Shown: one piece after another, positions 17,531 to 25,382 of the stretch
How the letters are laid out: every line of letters starts with the position of its first letter
How positions within the stretch are numbered: the first letter of the stretch is position 1
NCBI GenBank assembly: GCA_964406075.1
Contig: CAYOQI010000002.1
Coordinates: forward strand, 18,700 to 82,699
Direction of reading: 5' to 3'
From: an uncultured Pseudomonadales bacterium
Lineage (GTDB): Bacteria > Patescibacteriota > Microgenomatia > UBA1400 > PJMF01
Length of the DNA stretch: 64,000 nt
Notes under the pieces: generated by a model
Databases searched by the model: none
Seen by the model: the letters and a program-made list of their open reading frames with translations, nothing else
What the model was told of the DNA's origin: nothing
Position numbers and translations under genes: made by a program

Positions 17531-19003
17531 ATGAAAAAAAAGAACATTATTGTGATTGGCTCCGGATTCGGTGGGCTTGCATCAGCAGCCTTGCTGGCAA
17601 AAGAAGGTCATAACGTAACTGTTTTAGAAAAAAATGAGCAGCCTGGTGGGAGAGCCAGTACCTTGCACAAGGATGGATTTCGTTTTGAAATGGGTCCTTC
17701 CTGGTACATGATGCCAGATGTGTTTGAAAAGTACTTTGCAGAGTTTGGTAAAAAAGTTTCAGATTTCTATGCACTCACTCGCTTATCTCCAAAATATAAA
17801 GTTTTTTTTGAAGATAAATCTTCGGTTGTACTTTCAGATGATCTCCAGAAAACTATTGAACTCTTTGAGTCTTGGGAAAAAGGTGCCGGAGAAAAATTCA
17901 AACAGTACTTAGCCATCAGTCAGAAGAAATATGAAATTGCGATGGAACATGTTATGTATCGTAATATCGATTCTTTTTTTGATTTTGCTCGACCACCTCT
18001 CATGATCAACGGTCTTCAGTTGGGAATTGTGGAGTCAATGCATCATCACATTGCACACTTTTTCAAACATCCAAAAATTCAACAAATTCTCGAATATAAC
18101 TTAGTTTTTTTAGGATGCTCACCGAAAAAAGCCCCCGCATTATTTAGTCTCATGACCCATGTCGATTTCAATTTGGGTGTGTGGTATCCCGAAGGTGGAA
18201 TCACGGCAGTTGTTCAAGCACTAGAAAAACTTGGAAAAGAACAGGGCGTTAAATATGTTTATAACGAGCCTGTTATTCAACTTGAGACATCTGCCGAAAA
18301 AATTCGCACCGTAGTTACATCAAAACAGAAATATAAATCTGATATCGTAATTTCAAATGCAGATTATGTTTTTACCGAGCAACTACTTCCTCCTGACCTG
18401 AGAATGTACTCTGATGCACATTGGAAAAAGAAAGTTTGGGCTCCATCCGCGTTTTTACTGTACTTAGGAGTTAAAGGCAAACTTCCTGATATTGCTCATC
18501 ACACTCTCTATTTTGGAAATGACTGGGCTAAACATTTCGCTGACATTTTTGATCATCATCGGTGGCCGGTTGATCCTTCCATTTATATCAATAAACCTTC
18601 AGAAACCGATCCTACTGTGGCACCGAAAGGTCATGAAACATTGATGGTACTCGTACCCATCGCACCAGGACTAGAAGAAAATCACACATGGAAAAAAATG
18701 TATGCTGAATATGTGATTTCATTTATTGAAGAGAAAATTGGAATCTCGTTAAAAAAGAATATAGTGACTCAGGAAATTTTTTCCGTTTCAGACTTTGAAT
18801 CTCGTTATAATAGTTACCAAGGAAATGCACTAGGTGGGTTAGCACACACGCTTTTTCAAAGCTCTTTGTGGCGACCAAATAATTTTAGTGACAAAGTTAA
18901 AAATCTTTTCTACGCTGGTGCAAATACTGTTCCTGGAATCGGCGTTCCACCAGCAATTATTTCTGCCCACTTAGTCAGAGATCGGATCAGAGAAACTTTG
19001 TAA
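17531..19003 (+). CDS. crtI: Phytoene desaturase family (CrtI/CrtD) FAD oxidoreductase
   Basis: MKKKNIIVIGSGFGGLASAALLAKEGHNVTVLEKNEQPGGRA dinucleotide fold and the C-terminal GANTVPGIGVP motif. The track start at 17492 is probably too far upstream. Confidence 0.88.
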   Translation: MKKKNIIVIGSGFGGLASAALLAKEGHNVTVLEKNEQPGGRASTLHKDGFRFEMGPSWYMMPDVFEKYFAEFGKKVSDFYALTRLSPKYKVFFEDKSSVVLSDDLQKTIELFESWEKGAGEKFKQYLAISQKKYEIAMEHVMYRNIDSFFDFARPPLMINGLQLGIVESMHHHIAHFFKHPKIQQILEYNLVFLGCSPKKAPALFSLMTHVDFNLGVWYPEGGITAVVQALEKLGKEQGVKYVYNEPVIQLETSAEKIRTVVTSKQKYKSDIVISNADYVFTEQLLPPDLRMYSDAHWKKKVWAPSAFLLYLGVKGKLPDIAHHTLYFGNDWAKHFADIFDHHRWPVDPSIYINKPSETDPTVAPKGHETLMVLVPIAPGLEENHTWKKMYAEYVISFIEEKIGISLKKNIVTQEIFSVSDFESRYNSYQGNALGGLAHTLFQSSLWRPNNFSDKVKNLFYAGANTVPGIGVPPAIISAHLVRDRIRETL

Positions 19004-19048
19004 TTGACATAATTTTTTCTTTTAACTTTTTAATTTTTACTCTTCAAT

Positions 19049-19873
19049 ATGATCTCAAAAAAACTTGACACTATATTCAAAAAAGGAAGCACAACCTATT
19101 ACTATAGTAGTTTGTTTTTTCCTCCAGATGTAAAAAAAGACGTCTTTATACTATATAGCTTCGTTCGAACTGCAGATGATTTTGTTGATGGTATTCCTGC
19201 AAAAAAAAAGGATTTCACTCAATTTGTTCAGGACTATTATGCAGGTATTAATAAAGGGGGGAGTGAAAATACGATCATCCAAGACTTTATTTTGCTCCAA
19301 AGGAGAAAGGGATTTAAACAGGAATGGATCGATGCTTTTCTAGATGTGATGAAACAGGATTTGACCAAAAAAAAGTATTCGAACGAAAGGGAACTTGAAG
19401 AGTACATGTATGGCTCAGCAGGAGTTGTGGGATTGATGATGGCCAAGATACTAAATTTACCAGCAAAGAGTATGCAATCGGCTCAATTATTAGGAAAAGC
19501 AATGCAGTACATTAACTTTATTCGGGACGTTCAAGAGGATTTATCTTTGGGAAGAATGTACTTTCCCCAAAATATTTTAAAGAAGTATGGCCTAAAAACA
19601 CTTCAGTACGATGAAGTTCAAAAAAACGAACAAGTTTTCCGAACTTTTATTTTTGATGAAATTTCACGTTACCAAACATGGATAAATGAAGCACAACTTG
19701 GTTTCAAACACATTCCAAAACGTTATCTCATCCCAATTAAAACTGCGAGCAATATGTACGACTGGACTGCCCAAAGTATTTTAAAAAACCCAATGATTAT
19801 TTATGAAAAAAAAGTAAAACCAAAACCGATGAGGGTTATTTTAGAAGTTATTAAAAATTCCCTGATCACATAA
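19049..19873 (+). CDS. crtB: Phytoene/squalene synthase family protein
   Basis: YYYSSLFFPPDVKKDVFILYSFVRTADDFVD and YMYGSAGVVGLMM..INFIRDVQEDL Asp-rich motifs. Confidence 0.88.
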   Translation: MISKKLDTIFKKGSTTYYYSSLFFPPDVKKDVFILYSFVRTADDFVDGIPAKKKDFTQFVQDYYAGINKGGSENTIIQDFILLQRRKGFKQEWIDAFLDVMKQDLTKKKYSNERELEEYMYGSAGVVGLMMAKILNLPAKSMQSAQLLGKAMQYINFIRDVQEDLSLGRMYFPQNILKKYGLKTLQYDEVQKNEQVFRTFIFDEISRYQTWINEAQLGFKHIPKRYLIPIKTASNMYDWTAQSILKNPMIIYEKKVKPKPMRVILEVIKNSLIT

Positions 19874-19878
19874 ATATC

Positions 19879-20733
19879 GTGAATCAAACAACACTTGCCT
19901 TTTTCATTCAGCTTTCACGTCCTCGTTTTTGGAGTTACTTAGCAGGTCCATTTAGTATTGGTTTTCTGGCTTCAATTGAATCATTCAGTCAACTTTCTTC
20001 ATTCACATTTTGGGGTTGGCTGTTCTTCTTTTTATTTCCGGCCAATCTACTTTTATACGGAATCAATGATATTAGTGATGAAGATACCGATGCATTTAAT
20101 CAAAAAAAAGGCACAAAAGAGATTCGGATCACTTTCGTAAATAAAACTGTGGTTTCTCGATTAATGCAGATATTATTACTGGTGTTTTTTCTTTTCGGTC
20201 TGCTGTGTACTCAAACGTTACTAGAGAAAAGTGTTTTTTTTCTTTTTCTTTTTTTAACATATAGCTACAGCATGCAGCCCTTCCGATTCAAAGCCCGACC
20301 GTTCATTGATTCTGCTTCAAATGTGCTTTATCTTCTCCCTGGAATTTTTGCATTTGTTATCAATACAAACCAACTTCCGCCACTGTGGGTAATAATCGCT
20401 GGAAGTTGTTGGACCTTTTCCATGCATCTTTTTTCAGCAGTACCAGACATTTCTGCAGATAAAAAAGCCGGTTTGCAAACCACGGCGATCTTCTTCGGAC
20501 AAAAGCGTTCACTCCTCCTTTGTAGTATTTTGTGGGGAATTACATCGGTAGTGTTTATTGCAAACTACTCTCATCCCTTTTCATACTTGTCACTGCTCTA
20601 TGTACTGCTTCCAGTCTACACACTACATTTTCCCAAACGAATTGAAAAAGTATATTGGTGGTTTCCATATGTGAACACTGGATTTGGTGCGACATTATTT
20701 TTTCTTGTTTTATTAAAAAAATATTTATACTAA
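19879..20733 (+). CDS. UbiA-family prenyltransferase (lycopene-elongase-like)
   Basis: A polytopic membrane protein with NDISDEDTD (NDxxDxxxD), a GTG start, and a position between crtB and a CruF-like gene. Confidence 0.7.
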   Translation: MNQTTLAFFIQLSRPRFWSYLAGPFSIGFLASIESFSQLSSFTFWGWLFFFLFPANLLLYGINDISDEDTDAFNQKKGTKEIRITFVNKTVVSRLMQILLLVFFLFGLLCTQTLLEKSVFFLFLFLTYSYSMQPFRFKARPFIDSASNVLYLLPGIFAFVINTNQLPPLWVIIAGSCWTFSMHLFSAVPDISADKKAGLQTTAIFFGQKRSLLLCSILWGITSVVFIANYSHPFSYLSLLYVLLPVYTLHFPKRIEKVYWWFPYVNTGFGATLFFLVLLKKYLY

Positions 20734-20745
20734 GTAATATCTTTT

Positions 20746-21525
20746 TTGAAAAATGCTTTTACCGAGAAAAAAATAACACGAAATATGAATGTATTAAAAG
20801 TATTCACCCTCGTCATTATTTTCATTGGAAGTTTTTTTGCTGCCACTCAGGAACTTCCACCACAATTTGAATTTATTCCTCTCCTTTCCGTTATCCTGCT
20901 CGCTCTCCCTTCATATGTCGGTCTGATTCAACAAACAAAAATCTGGAACGGAATTATCATACTTGCGGTTCTCAGTCTTTTTGCGTTTGGAATTGAAAAC
21001 ATCGCAATTATGACAGGGATGCCGTACGGTGAGTTTTATTATTTCAATCAATTGGGTTTTAAAATCGGTGAAGTTCCATGGACCGTCGCATTCGCATGGA
21101 CGCCACTCCTGTTAGGCTCAGCAGGGTTCTCGATGTTCATGTTAAAACGATTAAACGCTTTGACTTTTTTCACTTTCGTTCTGCTAACAACACTCTTAAT
21201 GGTGATGACTGATCTCGTCCTCGACCCCGGTGCAGTTTCGCTTCGATATTGGGAATGGAGAAATCCAGGCATCTATTATGGAGTACCAGTTATCAATTAC
21301 TTTGGATGGATTGTTTCAAGTGTAATCGGATCAACAATCTTGTATGTTTTAACTCAAAAACTTGCCGTCATTCGACAAGAAAAATCATTGCTTTTATCAT
21401 GGCAATATTCACTCGTATTTTGGACCGGGATAGTTCTGTGGAAACAGCTTTGGATAGCTTTCATTTTGGGAATCATTTTTCTCATTTTCATGTATCAACA
21501 ACAGTTAAAACCTCGTAAATCATAA
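20746..21525 (+). CDS. cruF: Carotenoid biosynthesis membrane protein (DUF422/CruF-like hydratase family)
   Basis: A polytopic protein with TDLVLDPGAVSLRYWEWRNPGIYYGVPVINYFGW, typical of the Caroten_synth family. The start is uncertain (TTG 20746 or ATG 20785). Confidence 0.65.
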   Translation: MKNAFTEKKITRNMNVLKVFTLVIIFIGSFFAATQELPPQFEFIPLLSVILLALPSYVGLIQQTKIWNGIIILAVLSLFAFGIENIAIMTGMPYGEFYYFNQLGFKIGEVPWTVAFAWTPLLLGSAGFSMFMLKRLNALTFFTFVLLTTLLMVMTDLVLDPGAVSLRYWEWRNPGIYYGVPVINYFGWIVSSVIGSTILYVLTQKLAVIRQEKSLLLSWQYSLVFWTGIVLWKQLWIAFILGIIFLIFMYQQQLKPRKS

Positions 21526-21560
21526 TTCTTTCAACTTCCACAAACAAACTCGATGAAACG

Positions 21561-21592
21561 AAAAAGTCCCGACATGATCGGGACTTTTTTTT
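21561..21592. terminator. Bidirectional rho-independent terminator
   Basis: An A5 run, then AGTCCCGA(21565-21572)/TCGGGACT(21578-21585), then a T7 run. It lies between the convergent cruF-like and Lys-rich genes. Confidence 0.8.
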
Positions 21593-21608
21593 CAAACAAA
21601 AGAAAAAG

Positions 21609-21737
21609 CTATTTCTTTTTGGCTTTCTTTTTTGTAGCTGTTTTCTTTTTTGGAGCAGCTTTTTTAGCAACTTTCTTTTTGACAGTTTTCTTTACTGTCT
21701 TCTTGGCCGCTGCTTTTTTCTTCTTTGCAACTGGCAT
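21609..21737 (-). CDS. 42-aa Lys/Ala-rich histone H1-like basic peptide
   Basis: MPVAKKKKAAAKKTVKKTVKKKVAKKAAPKKKTATKKKAKKK. A strong GAGGAGG RBS lies 6 nt upstream of ATG 21737, and the bidirectional terminator is downstream. The longer track ORF (to 21869) is probably an over-extension. Confidence 0.7.
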   Translation of the reverse strand: MPVAKKKKAAAKKTVKKTVKKKVAKKAAPKKKTATKKKAKKK

Positions 21738-22019
21738 ATGGTCCTCCTCGTAACAAAAAAGATTCTTAATTATGGTGAATCTTTTCCGTTTTAAAATAAT
21801 AGTTTGGATAGTGGGCAGGCAGAAAGGACATTGTTTTTTATACCAACTCTTGAGATGAATTGAGTACAAATTTTTTGTATATATCCATTACAAATCAATA
21901 CAAAAAAATGTCAAGCAGGAGAATATCAATTCCTCTACCGTTTCCCTCTAGTAGGAGCAAAAATATTTGTCAAAAAAAGAATGAGAAAGATTATTGAAAA
22001 AAAAGATGAAATTTATTAC

Positions 22020-22937
22020 TTACAACCAACGTTTTTTGTAGAAAATGGAACCGATACATCCACAGCTTATTATGACAACTAACAACACAAACCAAAAAGC
22101 AAATCGATGATCTTGAAACGGTAAAATTACATTCATCCCGAACAGTCCAGCAATAATGTTTGGGATGGTAATCAGAATAGTAAATGAAGTCAAAAACTTC
22201 ATAGTATTATTTAAATTGTTTGTAAAAATAATTTGGTAGGAATCACGTAAACCCGTCATACTTCGTAATGTCACCTGACTGAGCTGAACTGATTGATTGA
22301 TACCGATCACCACATCTTCAAACAACTCTTTATCACTCTCATGAAAAACAACTTTTTTACTGTTGGATAAAATCTCGAAAATATTTTGCATCGGAACTAA
22401 GGAGGCGATGTATTGATTCAGTACTTCTTCGTTTTCTAATAATCGAGCAATCACGGTACTATTTATTTTTTTCAGAGTTTTTTTCTGTGCCATGACTTCA
22501 TCTGCAACTTGCTTCACTTTCATGGTGTACATGCGTGCAATCAAACTCAGAATTTTTAACAACATTTTGGGCCGTTGTGTCGTAACTATTTTTTGATCAG
22601 ACAAAAGTAGTTGTGCAATCGGGTTCTGATTTCCACCAATCAGATAGACGGAACTATCTGTGTAAATAATCGTTAACAATTCTGTATATAAGCCATCATG
22701 ATGCTCTCTAGGATGACGAAGATGAATGATTAATCCCTCATCATGTCGTTCAAAACGTGGTACTTCATAGATATCAAACACATCAATCAAATCTGCTTTT
22801 TCTAAACCAGTCAAATCAGCAATTTCTTCCAATTCAGTTTTGGTCACATCTTCCGCGATCACCAAAGAACCTGATCGAGGTGAATCGATTGATTTAACTG
22901 TTTTCATTTGAATAGTTTTGAAAAAGAAACGAGTCAT
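22020..22937 (-). CDS. corA: CorA-family magnesium/cobalt transporter
   Basis: C-terminal FGMNV (GMN motif) between two TM helices. An AAGGAG RBS precedes ATG 22937 (MTRFFF). Confidence 0.85.
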   Translation of the reverse strand: MTRFFFKTIQMKTVKSIDSPRSGSLVIAEDVTKTELEEIADLTGLEKADLIDVFDIYEVPRFERHDEGLIIHLRHPREHHDGLYTELLTIIYTDSSVYLIGGNQNPIAQLLLSDQKIVTTQRPKMLLKILSLIARMYTMKVKQVADEVMAQKKTLKKINSTVIARLLENEEVLNQYIASLVPMQNIFEILSNSKKVVFHESDKELFEDVVIGINQSVQLSQVTLRSMTGLRDSYQIIFTNNLNNTMKFLTSFTILITIPNIIAGLFGMNVILPFQDHRFAFWFVLLVVIISCGCIGSIFYKKRWL

Positions 22938-23084
22938 GGGAGCTCCTTGAATACAAACTGAAGTATTTTTCAAGTAAACGGTGTTTCCGTTGAAGCCCAG
23001 AGTAAGGACGAAGATGAAAATACAACAAACAATTAACGCTGGCTATTGTATACCTGATTTAAAATAAAAAGGGAAAGAATTGGT

Positions 23085-23113
23085 GCTTCGGCGTGCTTAA
23101 CACACGCCGAAGC
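23085..23113 (-). terminator. Stem-loop terminator after the 67-aa ORF
   Basis: GCTTCGGCGTG / CACGCCGAAGC, a perfect 11-bp stem. A T-rich tract follows a few nt downstream on the minus strand. Confidence 0.6.
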
Positions 23114-23121
23114 TGTGAAGG

Positions 23122-23325
23122 TTAGCAGATCTGACGACCCTCAACATACATACAGCGACCCGGAGTGCGGAATTCATTCCACACTTCGATTAATTTTTCT
23201 GGCCCAAAACTAAAGACCAGAAAAAAAATAGCCGCTAGTACAATGAGAACAATTATCAGGACAATTTTGCCCAAATACTTGTCCCGAAAAAACCGGAGTT
23301 TAAACTTGAATTTTCTCCACCACAC
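23122..23325 (-). CDS. Small single-pass membrane protein with a Cys-containing tail (67 aa)
   Basis: A basic N-terminus (MWWRKFKFKLRFFRDKYLGK), a TM helix, and the tail ...GRCMYVEGRQIC. It has its own terminator. Confidence 0.5.
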   Translation of the reverse strand: MWWRKFKFKLRFFRDKYLGKIVLIIVLIVLAAIFFLVFSFGPEKLIEVWNEFRTPGRCMYVEGRQIC

Positions 23326-23422
23326 TTACTCATCTCCTTTACACTTAGATTAGACCTATAACTATTTTAGCATGACTTACTCGAGTTGTCATTTTTTATG
23401 TATTCCCTTACCCAAGAAAAAA

Positions 23423-23449
23423 GGGTCGCGCATAGCTAACGCGCGACCC
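23423..23449 (-). terminator. Rho-independent terminator after the 49-aa ORF
   Basis: GGGTCGCGC / GCGCGACCC stem. On the minus strand it is followed by TTTTTTCTT. Confidence 0.8.
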
Positions 23450-23456
23450 TCATGCG

Positions 23457-23606
23457 TCACTGTCCCCATGGGGTACACCCCACGTTGTTGTCGACGCAAA
23501 ACTTACTATCAAACAGTGTTTCCAAGGAGAATCCCGAACTCAGGATTACCAGAAGTACAAGTATGATAATAAGAAAAACTAATGCAAACCACCTTTTTCT
23601 GCTCAT
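23457..23606 (-). CDS. Small single-pass membrane protein (49 aa), below the track's size cut-off
   Basis: Hand translation gives MSRKRWFALVFLIIILVLLVILSSGFSLETLFDSKFCVDNNVGCTPWGQ. It has the same architecture as the neighbouring 67-aa ORF, and a terminator starts 8 nt after its stop. Confidence 0.5.
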   Translation of the reverse strand: MSRKRWFALVFLIIILVLLVILSSGFSLETLFDSKFCVDNNVGCTPWGQ

Positions 23607-23654
23607 TTTTTTGCCTTTTTCTCTTACCTTGATTGGGATTGTATCAGAAGAACT

Positions 23655-25376
23655 TTAATTCTGAGTATTTGAAGAACAAAGTAATTCCAGGCTTTTTTCA
23701 CTTGTCAGTTTTTCTCTATAGTCATCAATATCCACAGCTTTGACCTGTGGATGAACTTCTGCAAAATCTTTAATCACTACTTTTGAGTCTTCGATTTTGA
23801 ATTCCTGATCATTAGTGAAATACAAAACTTTTGTTGAGTTTATATCACAGACAAACGAATCAATGTTTTTATTTCCAAACTCATACTTTCCCAATTGAAC
23901 TGGGTGAGAAAAACCAAACGAGTCAGGTTGTGGTCGCACCACATTCTGCTGATACCACGCTGGATCTATTTGTTGATAAAAAGCGACAAACATATGGGCA
24001 TCAGAAAAAAAGGAATCTGAAAAATAAAGTGTTGTGTAATTTTTCTCTTCTTGTTGAATCACTTCTAGTAACTCATTCGGAAAAGGTGAAAAAGCCGTTT
24101 CATATTGTTGAGCGTACACGGCATGGTAATGCGTGAAGTATTGAAAAGTACCTAAGAGTGAGAGTATTGCAATTAAAATAATGGGGAAATTTCTCAGTAA
24201 TTTTTTATTGAATGATTCTGATATTTTTACTAATCCTAATCCAATGATTACGGTCAAAAAAAACATCACTAGACTCCCGCGTACTATCTGAGGTCCAGCT
24301 ACTAAAGCCGACGGAATGGGTGCAATCAGTAGGATCCATTGCCACAAACGACTTTGACCGTCGGAACGAGAAAAGAAATACCACAGTCCAACGACGTAAA
24401 AGGGAAGAAAAAGTAAAATAAATTCACCATATCCAGGTGGATTCAAATATTCGACTTCATCACCTTCCCAAAATAAAAAGTGTGGCGAAAAGAAGCTGAA
24501 ATAATTTTGAGTGAACTGTGATGTGATAAATGTATATTTGTTAAAAAAGACCCGACATATTTTCGGTAAAACGGTCCGAAAAGTTAAGAAACAATAATTC
24601 TGTTGCTCAATCACTTTTGCCTCAATGCCTTTATCAAAAAAGATTGAAACTTGAGAAAATCGTGCCGTTCCTCCACTCCCCAGTAGCTGAGAAGTTAATG
24701 GTGAGATGACAATTACAAAAAAAATCAGTAATGGCAAGAAAAATTTTCTGTTCTGTTTTTGTAAATAAAAGTAAGTAGCAACGCCAATGAAAAAAAGAAT
24801 CACAATTAATCGATACGCAATGTATGTATAAAACGTTAATCCAAATAAAATTCCAGAAATAACTGTCCACTTTTTTTTACTTGTTTTCAAAGATTGCTGA
24901 AGTGAAAGTAATCCGCCAACAAATAATGTTAATGCTAAATTTGATTCAAAACCCATCCGTGATAAATGAACGGCCCAAGGACTGACGGCAATTAAAAAAG
25001 AAGTAATGAGTGCAGTTCGCATTCCCATTTTTTCTTTGACCAAAAAATAACTCAGAACAATTAACATCGTGCCGGCAATCACTGAAGGAAGGCGGACACT
25101 AACGTCATTGAGCCCAAACAAGAAAATAAACGGCACAGTGGCGTAGACATACAAAGGTTGCTTAAAGTCGCCAAATGCTTCAAATATGAGTGGAAGTGTT
25201 CTTCCCCACTCATCATTACCAGTTTTTAAAATTGAAAAAGCATTGTAACCAAAACTCATTTCGTCGACGGTTAAACGCGATGGTGCTTGATCCAATCGAA
25301 AGAGACGAAGGAAAAGTCCTAAGAAAAGGATTCCAATCAAAAGTACAGATTGAAAACTGAATAACTTTTTTTTCAT
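23655..25376 (-). CDS. Glycosyltransferase family 39 (PMT/ArnT-like) membrane protein
   Basis: Polytopic, with N-terminal RLFRLDQAPSRLTVDEMSFGYNAFSIL...DEWGRTLPL, typical of the PMT_2 family. Confidence 0.8.
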   Translation of the reverse strand: MKKKLFSFQSVLLIGILFLGLFLRLFRLDQAPSRLTVDEMSFGYNAFSILKTGNDEWGRTLPLIFEAFGDFKQPLYVYATVPFIFLFGLNDVSVRLPSVIAGTMLIVLSYFLVKEKMGMRTALITSFLIAVSPWAVHLSRMGFESNLALTLFVGGLLSLQQSLKTSKKKWTVISGILFGLTFYTYIAYRLIVILFFIGVATYFYLQKQNRKFFLPLLIFFVIVISPLTSQLLGSGGTARFSQVSIFFDKGIEAKVIEQQNYCFLTFRTVLPKICRVFFNKYTFITSQFTQNYFSFFSPHFLFWEGDEVEYLNPPGYGEFILLFLPFYVVGLWYFFSRSDGQSRLWQWILLIAPIPSALVAGPQIVRGSLVMFFLTVIIGLGLVKISESFNKKLLRNFPIILIAILSLLGTFQYFTHYHAVYAQQYETAFSPFPNELLEVIQQEEKNYTTLYFSDSFFSDAHMFVAFYQQIDPAWYQQNVVRPQPDSFGFSHPVQLGKYEFGNKNIDSFVCDINSTKVLYFTNDQEFKIEDSKVVIKDFAEVHPQVKAVDIDDYREKLTSEKSLELLCSSNTQN

Positions 25377-25382
25377 GAAGAT

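Noticed and set aside
21553-21753. The 66-aa Phe-rich plus-strand ORF, and the 86-aa extension of the Lys-rich ORF to 21869
   Set aside because: The Phe-rich ORF is the antisense shadow of a poly-Lys (AAR) gene. The extension lies upstream of a strong GAGGAGG RBS placed for the internal ATG at 21737.
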